NCBI GenBank assembly: GCA_029564175.1
Contig: JAKQQL010000100.1
Location: 1 to 32,973, forward strand
Length of the DNA: 32,973 nt
Reading direction: 5' to 3'
From: Candidatus Cloacimonadota bacterium
GTDB lineage: Bacteria; Cloacimonadota; Cloacimonadia; Cloacimonadales; WRIO01
Shown here: positions 18,101 to 25,820 of the stretch, in pieces
How positions within the stretch are numbered: position 1 is the first letter of the stretch
Layout of the letters: the number at the start of each line of letters is the position of its first letter
Notes under the pieces: model-generated
The model's database searches: none
What the model was told of the DNA's origin: nothing
What the model saw: only the letters and a program-made list of their open reading frames with translations
Translations under genes and position numbers: made by a program

Positions 18101-19086
18101 GGGTAGGTGTTGTAATATACTGCGTAATAATCGTTTAGTAATACTTCTTGATGAATCCCAATAGAATTTTGTGGATGTACAATATAATCTGTTGCGTTAA
18201 TTAAATCTAGTTTTAAGTTAGATAAATCGCGTGTAGGTAAATTTGGATTGGTATTTTGATTTCCTACTGAGACTTGAAGATTCGCATATCCTGCGTGTCT
18301 GTTCCAATCATAACTATGAATCTGTACACTTAATTCTCTGTGATTCAGATTGGTTCTGATATAATCACAGAAACGTCTGTAAGCAGAATTAAAAGGATGA
18401 ATATTGATACGAGACGGATCACTTAAAGATTTTGAATTTGTATAAGGATTTTGATTTGTCCATTTCACCTCTCTACCGGCTCCAGCAACCATGAAATAAC
18501 GTGCATTCCAATCTATAAATGCTTTATGAGCTACAGGTACAGTAATAAAATCGTCATTTGGATGAGGCATATTGATGATTACAGGGATCTGAGAAGACGT
18601 GTTTATAACGAAGAGACCCCATCCATAAGAGAAGCTTCCTTCTTCATCGTCTTCAAGAGTTTCAAGCGTTCCATTATCATCATAATAATCCATATTCAGA
18701 TTTTCTCTGAGGATATGATATTGTCTGTTAGTATCTGTATCATTAAAAACAACAATATGATAAGGAATCGCATTGTCATTTAAAATAATTTCTGCAGTCT
18801 CAAAATCAGCAGAGATAAATAAATCTAAGGCAGTTTCCCAAGCAGTAACTTCAGAGGCTGTTGGTGTTTTATAGTTACCAAATCCTGTTGTTTGTCTGTC
18901 ATAAGGTGCATACAAATTATAATTTGCGGATGCTATACCTTCTGATACATGACTTAACCAGTTGTCATACTGACATTGTGGTGCACTTCCATAGAGAAAT
19001 GCTTTGAATGATCCAGTTTCTTCAACAAATGCATGTGCTGAAAGAATTAACAGAATCATACTTAAGCAGATGATGCTTTTTTTCAT
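15166..19086 (-). CDS. Large secreted multidomain protein: putative Zn-amidohydrolase-like N-terminal domain, FN3 repeats, C-terminal sorting/FlgD-Ig domain
   Basis: Signal peptide ending SAHA; MPHP / QIHSY / FHIEL motifs; FN3 LGW...TGLTPGQNYYFKLRAVD and YTYKITAV; CTD VYPNPFNPVTNIAF...IFNIKGQKV...WTGKD. Confidence 0.8.
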   Translation of the reverse strand: MKKSIICLSMILLILSAHAFVEETGSFKAFLYGSAPQCQYDNWLSHVSEGIASANYNLYAPYDRQTTGFGNYKTPTASEVTAWETALDLFISADFETAEIILNDNAIPYHIVVFNDTDTNRQYHILRENLNMDYYDDNGTLETLEDDEEGSFSYGWGLFVINTSSQIPVIINMPHPNDDFITVPVAHKAFIDWNARYFMVAGAGREVKWTNQNPYTNSKSLSDPSRINIHPFNSAYRRFCDYIRTNLNHRELSVQIHSYDWNRHAGYANLQVSVGNQNTNPNLPTRDLSNLKLDLINATDYIVHPQNSIGIHQEVLLNDYYAVYYNTYPFTYSLNDSLITVNNNIDLPGFAQNIQQNYSVQGTTDWDVYDPFFHIELDELPNCYPQNQNNYHWFYGYDVSLGNFDYSNLYDRGIQFYSKWIEAMGSVLPTVFELNDNTTPLIPESFTVKGTGQNFVRLGWAPSDSYDFKTYEILYSTSPITEDNYQIFNRNNNAQLASLLCNEINVTGLTPGQNYYFKLRAVDYHDNASLLTPEISAYTGSALLDQVTAYGDGDKIVVRFRAVSQNNNQGFKIYRKTDDTEYSLLSDYSSNSNLNGSTQNNMIYTYNDTSAFFNTIYTYKITAVNNNNNQFDHYETPSAQLQEEFSLTFSNQSQSISNTITFSKNVFASDGNDSNFDVVKSTAASSPYIWAGFYEQYWANNGVYLSKEVHGDYELNQDVKAWRILVKSDQLNTPIFASISDNFNRNSEKLYLREVSNSTYTNIAANPAQFTIPNANYKEFYLYWGNLNPTVTIGSSQNTIYQAGANATFYFSKTLNFLIQNHSVYIKNDSDSVLVAENLSNTATNAGFTVPNNITMHNARVYVKTVCTDGEIIISQSPYTIGIVPSTITYQVPAGYSMQSNPFIAYNINNNDLGPNSQISLFENNAFSNQNQMIYNKGYALNIQNSVNTSFSQGISSYAQTQSMVPYWNLLGNPHLSSYHIKDLQFNLNNVAYSFGELVQQSVIAPVVYVYRNNQYQTTEVIYPNESFFIYASYTSENTMSCNFVPYYQNGLPIDKNDILWSSKIFVSQLDRDEIVFGVCKSKNNEIEFLSELPEPPTKAINDNISMYIPVDENLNDYSYSKLNQYLHTEFNETDPEVKEWPLGILLNDLSPVTISTDFQGLPTGYSVRIALDNQEHTLTENNPSFTFTPQSIGTINANLLIGNQYVANHDQIAKPFSVSVYPNPFNPVTNIAFNLPVSGNVEISIFNIKGQKVNSLVNEKLRAGSHIFQWTGKDSNGKNCASNIYFALVKVNGKQQVIKKITLLK

Positions 19087-19232
19087 TTTATCCCCTATAA
19101 TCGTATTTTTATTTAACTATACGCAAAAAACATTCCATTGACAAGCTTTTTTTTTAAAAAAATCAATCTGATTTAAAAAAGAGGGTTAAAAATATTTAAA
19201 AAGGGGTTTAAATTATTCTCTTGTAGTATCTT

Positions 19233-20360
19233 TTAGTATATTTTTACTGTTCTTTTGAGGACAACCCATTCATTATCTTTACGAATGAGATAGTTACTTA
19301 TTTGTGCAATTCTGTCATAATTTGCAAATCCTCTGACTTCCTGATATATAATCAAGGCAAAATGATCGTTTTTTTTGTTTACAGCTTTTAATTCAAAAGC
19401 GACAGGGAAATTACCCCATAATTCTATTTCTTTTATGAGTTTGCCTTTGAGATAGATACCAGAATCATCCAAAATTGTCTTCTTCTTTTCCTGAGGAATT
19501 AACAGGGAATCTTTATCCGAGAGATACAATAATGCCTGATAATTTGGTAAATATTTTCCAGAAAAATCAAGATATGGCATTGAATCAGATTTAAGTAAAA
19601 TCTTTGGATATTTATTTTTTAAATCTATTATGAGAATATTTTGAATACCACCGCTTCCTCCTGTTGATGAAGAAATTAAAATATAGTGGCGTTTTGCTTC
19701 TGATGTTTCAGCTTCAATTGATGTTGATAACATACTACTCAATTTAAAATGGTATCCATTACCATACTGCTCAGGTAAGTGATAAATCATTTCTTCCAGA
19801 TGATTCCCTTCGTCAGTATAAAGCCAAACATGTTTTAAAAATAAACAGTTATCTTCGAAAGGCTGCCCTAATAAGTATATAAATTGTTCTTTGTCATTTT
19901 CATAAACATTTCTCTTAATAACATCCAGAATATAAGTATTAGCTGGTAAATCCAGTTTTTCCTGATTGCTAAAAATGGCTTTTTCTATTATGATTTCATT
20001 ATTTGAAGTGTTATTATTCAGAGTAAAAGAGATACCATGATTAATCCACTTTTTATAACTGTGAGTTTCATCAAAAGGGACTTGAAAATGCTTATTCATC
20101 ATTTTCACAAACTGCTTACTTTTTCTCTTAGTTGTGGTTACATTTATTGAAATTAACTCATTTTTCATGTTAAAATTAAATTTTAACTCTCCAAATTCTT
20201 TTAAATAGGAAGGAAACTGTGTTGTACTGACAGACTCAGGACTTACGTTATGAAAAAGCAAAAATAAGTCAGAGGGCAGCTCAGTTTGTCTGCTTACTTG
20301 CTTTGAAAGCATATTGGTACTGATAATAAGTATAAAAAACAGGATAATTCTGCTTTTCAT
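19233..20360 (-). CDS. Hypothetical exported protein
   Basis: Long ORF with RBS GAGG, N-terminal hydrophobic signal, STGGSGGIQN motif; no confident family. Confidence 0.7.
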   Translation of the reverse strand: MKSRIILFFILIISTNMLSKQVSRQTELPSDLFLLFHNVSPESVSTTQFPSYLKEFGELKFNFNMKNELISINVTTTKRKSKQFVKMMNKHFQVPFDETHSYKKWINHGISFTLNNNTSNNEIIIEKAIFSNQEKLDLPANTYILDVIKRNVYENDKEQFIYLLGQPFEDNCLFLKHVWLYTDEGNHLEEMIYHLPEQYGNGYHFKLSSMLSTSIEAETSEAKRHYILISSSTGGSGGIQNILIIDLKNKYPKILLKSDSMPYLDFSGKYLPNYQALLYLSDKDSLLIPQEKKKTILDDSGIYLKGKLIKEIELWGNFPVAFELKAVNKKNDHFALIIYQEVRGFANYDRIAQISNYLIRKDNEWVVLKRTVKIY

Positions 20361-20385
20361 TTTTACCTCATATATCTTTTTTTAC

Positions 20386-21390
20386 TTATTGAAAGAGAGA
20401 TACTCTCAGTTTATTTTTAACATCATTTGAAATGCCGGTATCAAAATTATGAAATGGGGAGAGTTTTACTAATTGCTTTTCTGGAGAAATGGAGATATCC
20501 AGGTTTTGGATTTGTCCTGAGTTGACAGCATCTAATATAGTTGTTCCTATCAGTTCATAATCCGTATTTTCAGAAATGAGAATAATATCTTGAAATTCCG
20601 GTTTGTTATAAAATAAATCAGTTTCTAAGCCTATTGAATATTGTCTGATTGTTTGAATTTTCTTAAGAATAGTAAAGTATTCTTTATCACTCGCAATAAA
20701 ATAAACAACAGAATTTTGTTTGATTAGTTTATCAAACAGGTTGTCCATTGCCTGTGCCTGATACTGGTTTTCCAAATTGACGTTAATAATACTGATGTTT
20801 CTTTGATAATCATTGTTAAATTCTCTTACACCACTCATAAAAGCATTTTGATACTGATAATAGAAAGATCTTTCATCGTAAAGAAAAGCGATTTTTCCTT
20901 GTTCTCCCTCTTTGCTTTCAACCCAATATGCGGCTATATAAGCAAGTTGTTTTATAATTTTCTGATTATCAAACGTTATATATTTAATGTTCTGCAACTT
21001 ATTATGAATACTGGTATCAACGGGGATGTTCCGTAGAACAATAAAATTAATCTTAGGGTTTTGAGTTGCAATTTGTACTAATTTATCTTCAGGGTAGTCA
21101 GTTAAAATAAAAATGAATTTTCTTCCAAAATCTTTAATTTGTCTTTGCATTTCATCTTCAAAAGAAAAGGATGAATTTATATCAAGATAATCGAGTCTGA
21201 TATTACTCTTTTCAAATATTTTTTTCATTGATTTGTATAATAGATTAGACCGGCTTAGATTTTTTTCACTATCAGCATCCTTGATTACTACAAAATCTGA
21301 ATGAACAATGTTTTTATCCTGTTGAATACAAGATACTGTCAGTATTATCATTAAAATGAGCAATAATTTTAATTTGTGCTCAAGTTTCAT
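20386..21390 (-). CDS. BMP-family (basic membrane protein) substrate-binding lipoprotein, divergent
   Basis: Lipobox LTVSC; A..NP.INF, I.FD...LAYIAA, KIAFL, AFMSGV..FN, YSIGLETD pattern; RBS AGGAGG. Confidence 0.7.
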   Translation of the reverse strand: MKLEHKLKLLLILMIILTVSCIQQDKNIVHSDFVVIKDADSEKNLSRSNLLYKSMKKIFEKSNIRLDYLDINSSFSFEDEMQRQIKDFGRKFIFILTDYPEDKLVQIATQNPKINFIVLRNIPVDTSIHNKLQNIKYITFDNQKIIKQLAYIAAYWVESKEGEQGKIAFLYDERSFYYQYQNAFMSGVREFNNDYQRNISIINVNLENQYQAQAMDNLFDKLIKQNSVVYFIASDKEYFTILKKIQTIRQYSIGLETDLFYNKPEFQDIILISENTDYELIGTTILDAVNSGQIQNLDISISPEKQLVKLSPFHNFDTGISNDVKNKLRVSLFQ

Positions 21391-21392
21391 TT

Positions 21393-21444
21393 ATCCTCCT
21401 GTATTTGGCAAACTTCCTGTTTGCGATCATCTATTCCTGATGAT
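21393..21444 (-). promoter_or_regulatory. Structured 5' leader with two AGGA-loop hairpins and an AGGAGGA Shine-Dalgarno
   Basis: Minus strand: ATCATC-AGGAATA-GATGAT (21444-21426), GCAAAC-AGGAA-GTTTGC (21424-21408), then AGGAGGA before the ATG at 21390. Confidence 0.55.
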
Positions 21445-21462
21445 TTTCACATTAACATTTAA

Positions 21463-21490
21463 ACAATATCTGAAATGATTTAAAAGTCAA
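21463..21490 (-). promoter_or_regulatory. Putative sigma70-type promoter of the BMP gene
   Basis: Minus strand TTGACT (21490-21485) - 16 nt - TATTGT (21468-21463). Confidence 0.45.
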
Positions 21491-21513
21491 GTCTTTTTTT
21501 GAAAAAAGTTTGT

Positions 21514-21542
21514 TTGACAATAATGACTAAATAAAATTTAAT
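21514..21542 (+). promoter_or_regulatory. Possible divergent promoter for rqcH
   Basis: TTGACA at 21514-21519; imperfect -10 TTTAAT at 17-nt spacing. Confidence 0.3.
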
Positions 21543-21559
21543 GATACAAGGAGACATAA

Positions 21560-23029
21560 ATGCATTATAATTATTTAAAAAATTGGGTGTTAGAGAATAA
21601 AAAAACTGGACTAGCTTTTAAAGATATTATGAAGTTTGAAGATCAATATCTGCTTATGTTCAAAAATTCTAAAGAATCATTACAGATCTGCTTTTCATCT
21701 AGTGATCAGTTCTTATTTTTTACAGATTCGTATGAAGAGTTTCAATATGAAAAAGAAGGTGAATTAATTTCATTCTTTACCCATTTAAATCACTCGAAAC
21801 TGAATCAGATTTCAATTGACGATCATGACAGGATTATTACGCTACATTTTGAAAAGTATAATATTTACAATACATTAGATCAGATAGAACTCATCATTGA
21901 AATAATTCCCAAATACCAGAATATCATATTATGCAAAGAAAAGGATGGAAAATGGGTGATTCTCGATTCTCTAAAAAAGATTTCATTTGCTGAGAATAAC
22001 AGTAGGCAAATACTGCCTGGATTAGAGTATCAGAAACCAGATACAAGTTATGTGACACAAGAACTCATATTTGATTATCCCTTGTTTATCCACCAAACTA
22101 AGATTACACAGGAATCAGATAATGCAAACGCTTTTTATGAAATGAACAAATTATTTCATAGCCTTTATTATGATCATATTCTGGAAAAAAGTCTGAATGC
22201 AGTTAAAAGACAGTTAATTCAACAGATAAACAAACAAATAAAAAAGAAACATGATAAAATTAGTAAACTTACTGAAGAGCTCTTTTCAGAAGAAACTGCT
22301 ATTGATTTTAAAAAAAGAGGCGAGTTGTTACTCGCATTTATGAATCAGATTCCTGAGAATGTTGATTCTGTTGTTTTGAATGATTACTATCTGGAGGATA
22401 ATCCTCCTATAGAAATTAAACTGGATAAAAAACAAAGTTTGAAATATAATGTATCACAATATTTTAAAAAATATAAAAAAGCTCAGTCTGGCAGGGTTAA
22501 GGTAGAAGAACAGTTAACTCTTTGTCAACAGGAGATTGAAGCACTTAAGAGAGAACAAGAAAGAATTGAATTAATAAATTCTTACAACGAAGTCAAAGAA
22601 ACTAAAATTCAAACCCATTCCAAAGAGCAAACGAATTCTATGTATAGAAAGTTAAAGATTAATGATGATTGGGAAATTAATATTGGACGTTCGAATACAG
22701 AGAATGATCAATTAACCTGTAAGACTGCCAGACCTGATGACTGGTGGTTTCATACACGAATTTTCAGAGGAACTCATGTTGTTTTGAGAAACTTTAAAAA
22801 ACAGCAAGTCCCAGACAAATTGTTACTGCTATGTGCCAGACTGGCGGCATGGTATTCAAAAGCTAAAACTTCCAGTAATGTACCTGTTGATTATACTTTA
22901 ATCAGATATGTGCGGAAACCACGAGGCGCTGCCAAAGGTTTTGTTACTTATACGAAACAGAAAACGATTTATGTTGATCCTATTTCAATAAGGGATGCTG
23001 CAGAATTGATTCAAAGGGGAGAATTATAA
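21560..23029 (+). CDS. rqcH: NFACT/RqcH (FbpA-like) ribosome quality control protein
   Basis: DR motif (D90-R91), IE...NIIL, R.ILPG..Y..P, coiled coils, GELL, YFKKYKK, NFACT-R GR.N.END.LT...D.WFH...G.HVV, VDYT...YV.KP.G...GFV.Y. Confidence 0.88.
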   Translation: MHYNYLKNWVLENKKTGLAFKDIMKFEDQYLLMFKNSKESLQICFSSSDQFLFFTDSYEEFQYEKEGELISFFTHLNHSKLNQISIDDHDRIITLHFEKYNIYNTLDQIELIIEIIPKYQNIILCKEKDGKWVILDSLKKISFAENNSRQILPGLEYQKPDTSYVTQELIFDYPLFIHQTKITQESDNANAFYEMNKLFHSLYYDHILEKSLNAVKRQLIQQINKQIKKKHDKISKLTEELFSEETAIDFKKRGELLLAFMNQIPENVDSVVLNDYYLEDNPPIEIKLDKKQSLKYNVSQYFKKYKKAQSGRVKVEEQLTLCQQEIEALKREQERIELINSYNEVKETKIQTHSKEQTNSMYRKLKINDDWEINIGRSNTENDQLTCKTARPDDWWFHTRIFRGTHVVLRNFKKQQVPDKLLLLCARLAAWYSKAKTSSNVPVDYTLIRYVRKPRGAAKGFVTYTKQKTIYVDPISIRDAAELIQRGEL

Positions 23030-23574
23030 TGGATTTTTATACTTATGTTGGATTACCTTTACTGATTATATTTGCCAGAATTCTGGATGTTTCACTGGGT
23101 ACATTGCGTATTATTCTTATTTCTAAGGGTTTAAAAAAATTTGCTCCACTCATTGGTTTTTTTGAAGTCTTGATATGGATTGTAATTGTAAAACAAATCA
23201 TTACAGATGTCAGTCATCCGATCACATATCTGGCATATTCTTTGGGGTATGCATTAGGTACTTATATTGGTATTTATATTGAAGGTAAGTTATCATTGGG
23301 AAGGGTAATGATACGAATTATATCTAAAGACGATACGGAAGCACTGGCAGATTTGTTAAGAAAAAATCAATTAGGTGTAACCATTGTCGATGCCAAGGGC
23401 AAAGATGGAGATGTAAAAATTCTATTTTCAATCATTAATCGAAAAGATTTAAATGATATTCTCTCAGAACTCAATCAGTTTAATCCAAACATATTCTATA
23501 CAATTGAAGATATTCATACTGTTAATAAGGGTTTTTTCGGAAAGGCTTCTGAAAATATTAAACAATATAAATAA
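23029..23574 (+). CDS. DUF2179/DUF5698 (UPF0316-like) membrane protein
   Basis: IFARILDVSLGTLR, GFFEVLIW, Y.LGYA.GTY.G..IE, GVT...A.G..G; TAATG overlap with rqcH. Confidence 0.85.
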   Translation: MDFYTYVGLPLLIIFARILDVSLGTLRIILISKGLKKFAPLIGFFEVLIWIVIVKQIITDVSHPITYLAYSLGYALGTYIGIYIEGKLSLGRVMIRIISKDDTEALADLLRKNQLGVTIVDAKGKDGDVKILFSIINRKDLNDILSELNQFNPNIFYTIEDIHTVNKGFFGKASENIKQYK

Positions 23575-23579
23575 GCTGA

Positions 23580-25334
23580 TTAAACTTTTTTCAAGCTGAA
23601 GCTAAATGTGCTGCCTTGATCTTTATGACTTGTTACCCAAATCTGGGTTTCATGTAAATCTATGACCTTTTTAATAATAAGGAGTCCAAAACCAGTACTA
23701 CTCTCTCCTGCAGTTGGCCTTGCACTGAATTTTCGATACGTCTTGAACAACTCTTTTAATTCTTTTTCATCTAAGCCTTGACCGTTATCACGAATATTGG
23801 TAATCAGGTATTTGTCATTTTGCTCAAAATCAATTTGGACTTCTCCTCCAGAGTTTGTAAATTTTACTGCATTACTAATCAGATTATCAAGGACTTCTTG
23901 AATTCTTTCTTTATCGATTCTAACCATGCAATTAGAAGATTCTTTTTTGATAATCAGGTTTATATTCTTTTTTTCAGCCAGTTTTTGATAAAAAAATTCT
24001 TTTTCTTCAATGACAGCAAGAAAATTCTCTTCTTTGAAATGGAGCACAATTTTTCCCGTTTCAATTGCAGAGATGTTTAATAAGTCAGAAACCATTGAAT
24101 TCATTCGGTCAGATACTTTTTTGATTAAGATTATATTTTTCATAATTGAGACTATATCTAACTGATTCTGTTTCATTTTGTATTCTGTCAGTTCGCATAA
24201 TGATTGTACATTTGAAATTGGATTTCTCAAATCATGAACGACTATCCCTAAGAATTCATTCTTAGAATTGTTAAGGATTTCAAGTTCTTTTTTTTGATTT
24301 TCGATTTCATGATATGCATTAGCAAGTTCTATATTTTTTAGTCGATATATTTCTAATTCTTTTTCTTTTTTCTCCATGTCGAAGCGTGTTTGCATATTGA
24401 CAATCTGCTCTTTCATTTGTTCTGAAAACAGTTCTTTTGATAATTTTGAGTATTCCAGATGGTAATGATAAGCATTTTGAAAGTCGTTTTTTTTGGCGTA
24501 TATTTCAGACGTTGTCAGGTAAATGCTTCTGAGTTTATCTCTGGCATTTATTTTTATTGCTGTGACTGTTGCCTGGCTAATATAATCAAGGGCAAGATCA
24601 AAATTCATGTTGAATGAATGACACTTTGCTAAATTCTCAAGTGCATGTATCAGACTTTTATTGTTTCCAGAAATGAGGGCTATGTTTTTTGATTTTTCTA
24701 AACAATAAAAAGCTTCAGTTAAATTATTCATTTCATAATGCAAAACCCCAATACTGTTAAGAACGGGTAGATATTTATCTTCAGATTCTTTGTTTTCTTT
24801 GAGTTTGCTAATAGCTTTGTGAAAAAAATCAAGAGAAACAGATTGGTAATATTTCATTTGATTATTGTCATACAGCCTCGATTTATTCAAATAGACATTT
24901 CCCAGATTATTGTAAATCTGATAAGAATCATTCATAAAGCCCATATTGATTTTCAGATCAAGTGACTGGTTAAAATAATCTATCGCTTTATCAAAGTCTT
25001 CCAGTGCCATATAGACGTTTCCAATGTTGTTTAAGACATTGGATTCTGCATAAAGGTCATTGATGTCATGACATAACTTTTGTGAATTCAAGTAATTTTC
25101 TAAGGCTTTTGAGTAATCTCCTGTCATGTAATCGAGATTTCCCATAATACGATAAAGAATGTACATTTTATCTGAAAGATGATGATTAAGAGAATAAGAA
25201 TATGCCGTAAGACATTTTTCTCTACATTTTATATAATTGGTGTCAGTCCATAATTTTTGAACTTCTTCCATCATCATATCGAACTGTTTTTGATGATTGT
25301 TATTTAAATTTACATCTTGATTTGATTCTTCCAT
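23580..25334 (-). CDS. Cytoplasmic TPR-repeat sensor histidine kinase
   Basis: Repeated NNIGNVY / NNLGNVY TPRs; H-box VVHDLRNP, N-box NLISNAVKF, G1 DNGQG, G2 STGFGL; no TM segment seen. Confidence 0.92.
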   Translation of the reverse strand: MEESNQDVNLNNNHQKQFDMMMEEVQKLWTDTNYIKCREKCLTAYSYSLNHHLSDKMYILYRIMGNLDYMTGDYSKALENYLNSQKLCHDINDLYAESNVLNNIGNVYMALEDFDKAIDYFNQSLDLKINMGFMNDSYQIYNNLGNVYLNKSRLYDNNQMKYYQSVSLDFFHKAISKLKENKESEDKYLPVLNSIGVLHYEMNNLTEAFYCLEKSKNIALISGNNKSLIHALENLAKCHSFNMNFDLALDYISQATVTAIKINARDKLRSIYLTTSEIYAKKNDFQNAYHYHLEYSKLSKELFSEQMKEQIVNMQTRFDMEKKEKELEIYRLKNIELANAYHEIENQKKELEILNNSKNEFLGIVVHDLRNPISNVQSLCELTEYKMKQNQLDIVSIMKNIILIKKVSDRMNSMVSDLLNISAIETGKIVLHFKEENFLAVIEEKEFFYQKLAEKKNINLIIKKESSNCMVRIDKERIQEVLDNLISNAVKFTNSGGEVQIDFEQNDKYLITNIRDNGQGLDEKELKELFKTYRKFSARPTAGESSTGFGLLIIKKVIDLHETQIWVTSHKDQGSTFSFSLKKV

Positions 25335-25351
25335 ATACCCTCTTTTTTAAA

Positions 25352-25379
25352 AGTATATGAAAAAAAATACAATTGTCAA
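25352..25379 (-). promoter_or_regulatory. Putative sigma70-type promoter of the TPR kinase gene
   Basis: Minus strand TTGACA (25379-25374) - 16 nt - TATACT (25357-25352), just upstream of a GAGGG RBS and the ATG at 25334. Confidence 0.6.
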
Positions 25380-25657
25380 GAATTATTTACTGGACTTTTT
25401 TTGCTGCTATGTTTTTCTTTATCCTTTTCAATTTCAAATAAAGATTTTTTGGGTTTTAACTTAGGCAGTAAATTCCATTCCATAATTACTGCATAAATGA
25501 GTAATACTATCGCAAGAATTGCTATAATGGCCAGTAATAACTTGAGTAAAATAGGAATCGGATAATCGATGGCACTTAGTTCCTTAAAAAGAACACCTTC
25601 ATTCAAAGCTACATCAATGATTAGTAGCAGAATTATCAGAATAAATACAAATGTCAT
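25376..25657 (-). CDS. Small two-TM membrane protein with basic C-terminal tail
   Basis: Two hydrophobic stretches followed by a Lys-rich tail; the start is uncertain. Confidence 0.6.
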   Translation of the reverse strand: MTFVFILIILLLIIDVALNEGVLFKELSAIDYPIPILLKLLLAIIAILAIVLLIYAVIMEWNLLPKLKPKKSLFEIEKDKEKHSSKKSPVNNS

Positions 25658-25820
25658 ATCTCCTGCTTTATCTCTGACATACGTTTAGATGTTTCATGAT
25701 TACCCCGATCTTCAGTTAGCATTTTATTGCCAGGCTGGCAACTTGTGGTAAATGGCAAGCAGCTTGCTTGTCCTATACCTGATAAAACCACACTTTATCT
25801 TGTTATATAATCGGAAAAAA

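Noticed and set aside
21391..21559. Purine riboswitch upstream of the BMP gene
   Set aside because: No TATAAT...GATATGG...GTTTCTACC-type core.
25745..25800. Hammerhead ribozyme (CTGATAA within paired flanks)
   Set aside because: The core deviates from CUGANGA and no correctly placed GAAA is present.
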